Positions 38,801-41,800 of a DNA stretch of 64,000 bases are shown piece by piece. Within the stretch, counting starts at the first letter, position 1, and each line of letters begins with the position of its first letter. The notes beneath the pieces are model-generated. The model was not told the origin of the DNA. It did not search any database and saw only the letters and a program-made list of their open reading frames with translations. Origin of the DNA: Nitrosopumilaceae archaeon (lineage in GTDB: Archaea > Thermoproteota > Nitrososphaeria > Nitrososphaerales > Nitrosopumilaceae); the NCBI GenBank assembly GCA_965209085.1, contig OZ242376.1:1120001-1184000 (forward strand), in the 5' to 3' direction. The translations under genes and the position numbers were made by a program.

Positions 38801-41800
38801 TACCAGGGCATATGCGTTGTTATCTATATGGACTGTGGAGACTGAATACGGTACATTAAGGAACGGGTAATTTGTGCCGTTTACAATGCTAGATGTTACA
38901 ATAGGTGAGGCAGGGTTTGTAATATCCATCATTGTAACACTGTTGGAAAACAATGATGCTGTCACTGCATACGTTTTAGATTGTATTTGGATTACAGATA
39001 TGCCAATTACGCCATTTAGGTTTTCATAGTTTGCAGTGCTCGTATTTGCGCTAAATACCAGACTAGGTGATTGCGGATCACTAATGTCCAAGATTGTAAT
39101 GCTACTACCGCCATAACCTATTGCCAGTGCGTATGTAGTGCCGCCTATTTGGGCAATTTCAAGATTGCGCGGATCCTCTAGATGCGGATATGCTGCAGAT
39201 TTTGTTACATTTGATGTAGGGGATGCTAGGAAACTGTATATCTGATTTGTCAGTGAGATCTCTGGCAGTATTTCCACGCTGATGGTTCTTGTTATTTGCC
39301 TTTGGTTGCCTGCCCAATCCGATACGGCATATGTTATCACATATTCTGCAACACTGTTTGTATTAACTGCACCCGTACCTGATACATTCTGTTTGCCGTA
39401 TGATGTATCATACGAGTATGCTCCATCATCTGCGTATGGAACACCAAGGTGGGATACTGTATTGTTTGCACCATACAGGTATAACAGGGGCGGTATTGTA
39501 TCTATGATAAGGTTCTCGCCTGTAAGATCATCTTGTGTTATGCGGATTCCATGACCTGTGGAATTTGTCACATGGATACTAAATGTGAGCTCGCCGTTTG
39601 TATCATCATTTGTAATGGTTTTCTCGAAGAGTGTGTTGCCGCCAAATGGATTTGACGTAAAGTTGCCTCCAAGTATGCTACCTGTTGCTACTCCAATATC
39701 GGAGCCAACAGTTCGAAGCGTGATTCTTATCACATCGCCAGACTTTGCATAATTGCCACTAGCGTTTGAATTATCACTTGATACAGTCAGGGATGTAATG
39801 TTAATTGGTTCATAGTCTATTACACTTACTGTTCGATTGATGCTCATGCCTGAGTTTCCTGCCGCATCAGAGTCTGCAGTATATGTATAGATTACAGATC
39901 CCACAGTACTAGTATCCAAAGTGCCGATGATTGTGGTAGTAAAGGTATCAGGATAGTTTGGGTCCCCATCAGTTATGATTACACCAGGGATGAACGGATC
40001 AGTTGAATTCAAAGGTACATTAAAAGATGAGGCGCCGATGAGTGATATTCTAGGTCCAATTGTGTCGATGAATACGTTGGAGGCTAGTGGTACGTCGTTT
40101 TCTGTCACAGATAGGGTTGCGCCATCATTGTTTACAACCTCTGCTGCAAAGGTTGCATACGATTCAGTTTGTACAGGAGGTACGGTTATTGTTGCACTAA
40201 AATCTGCACCGCTTATGGATACGGCGGGGGTTAATCCCAGTATTTGGCTTGTATGAGATGAGATTGTATCATTTATGGCAAATTGTATGGTGAGTGTATC
40301 GCCTGTTTTGGCATATTTGGGGTTTGAATTGTTGCTAGTTATGCCTATGGGTGATACAATTTCAAGCGGTGATGCATCCTGTACGCGTACAGTACGGGAT
40401 ATAGTGTTTCCTTGATTCCCTGCATAATCATCAGGTGCAGTATAGGTGAGCGTATAGGTTCCCATACTAGTTGTGGTCACAGATCCTGTTGGCAGGATGG
40501 TTTTATAGCCGTATGAGAGATCATAGGCTGTTGCATTTTTATCCGCATACGTACGATTCAGTATGGATACGGTATTGTTTGCACCGTTGAGTGTTATGTT
40601 TGGCGCCGTTGTATCAATGATGATATTCCCACTAGTCAGGTCATCTTGTGTAACTCTGATTGCGTAACTGCTTGAATTTATCACATATATGTCAAATGTG
40701 AGGTTGCCGTTTGTGTCGCTTTGCTCGATGGTTTTGTTCAGGTGTATTATTCCACCATTACCGGAGATTTCATGTGTAAAGTTGCCGCCAAGTATGTTGC
40801 CTGTTATACTTGTAATATCGGTGCTGACCGTGTTAATCTGAATTCTCACAGTATCGCCTGCCTTTGCATAATTGGTACTGTTCACTGAATTATTACTGCT
40901 CACGGTCAGGGCTGTGATGTCAAGTGGTCCATGGTCTATCACTGTCACGGTTCGGCTGACGCTTGTTTCAGGGTTTCCTGCCTCATCCGAATCTGCCGTA
41001 TACGTGTAGAGAATTACAGAGCCAATTTTACTTGTGTTCAAAGTGCCGTTTCTGGTGGTGCTAACAATGCCAGAATATTTTGGATCCCCATCGCTTGCAG
41101 TGGCGCCTGGAATGAACGGGTTTGTGGTGTCTACAAATACCGTATAGTTTGCATCCCCGATCAGTGTTATGCTAGGGGATATGGTATCGACAAATACGTT
41201 TTGAGTAGCCATATCATTCTGTGTTACAACAAGGTTGGAAGTTTGATTATTTTCAACCACTGCCCTAAAGTTTGCATATCCTTCCCGTTCGGTGGCCGGT
41301 ACAGTTATGCTAGCGGTAAAGTTTTGATCAGCAAAGTTTGATGATGCATCCAGGTCCAGTATTGTGGCATAACCGTTATCAATTGTATCATTTACTGTAA
41401 ATTTGACGGTCAGCGTATCTCCTGCTTTTGCGTATACCGGGTTTATATTATTGCTGTTTATTGACAAGATTTTTTCTTTGTTTGCAAATTTTATTATTTG
41501 GACGCCATCATCACCAAGGGATGCGACCAGCGCGTATACGGTATCATTCAAAGTAACGGAGGTAATGATATTTGGATCGTATAGTGTATCAAAACCATCT
41601 ACATTATCACGTATGCCATATACGGCAGATGGAGATGAGGGATCTGTAATGTTGATTATTTGGATGCCGTTATCAAAACTAGCTGTAACTAGTGCGTATG
41701 TGGCGTTTTCCAAAGTAATGGTGGTGATGCTGCGCGGGTGATCCAATGTATCAAACTCACCTACACCATCACGTATGCCATATACGGCAGACGGAGATGT

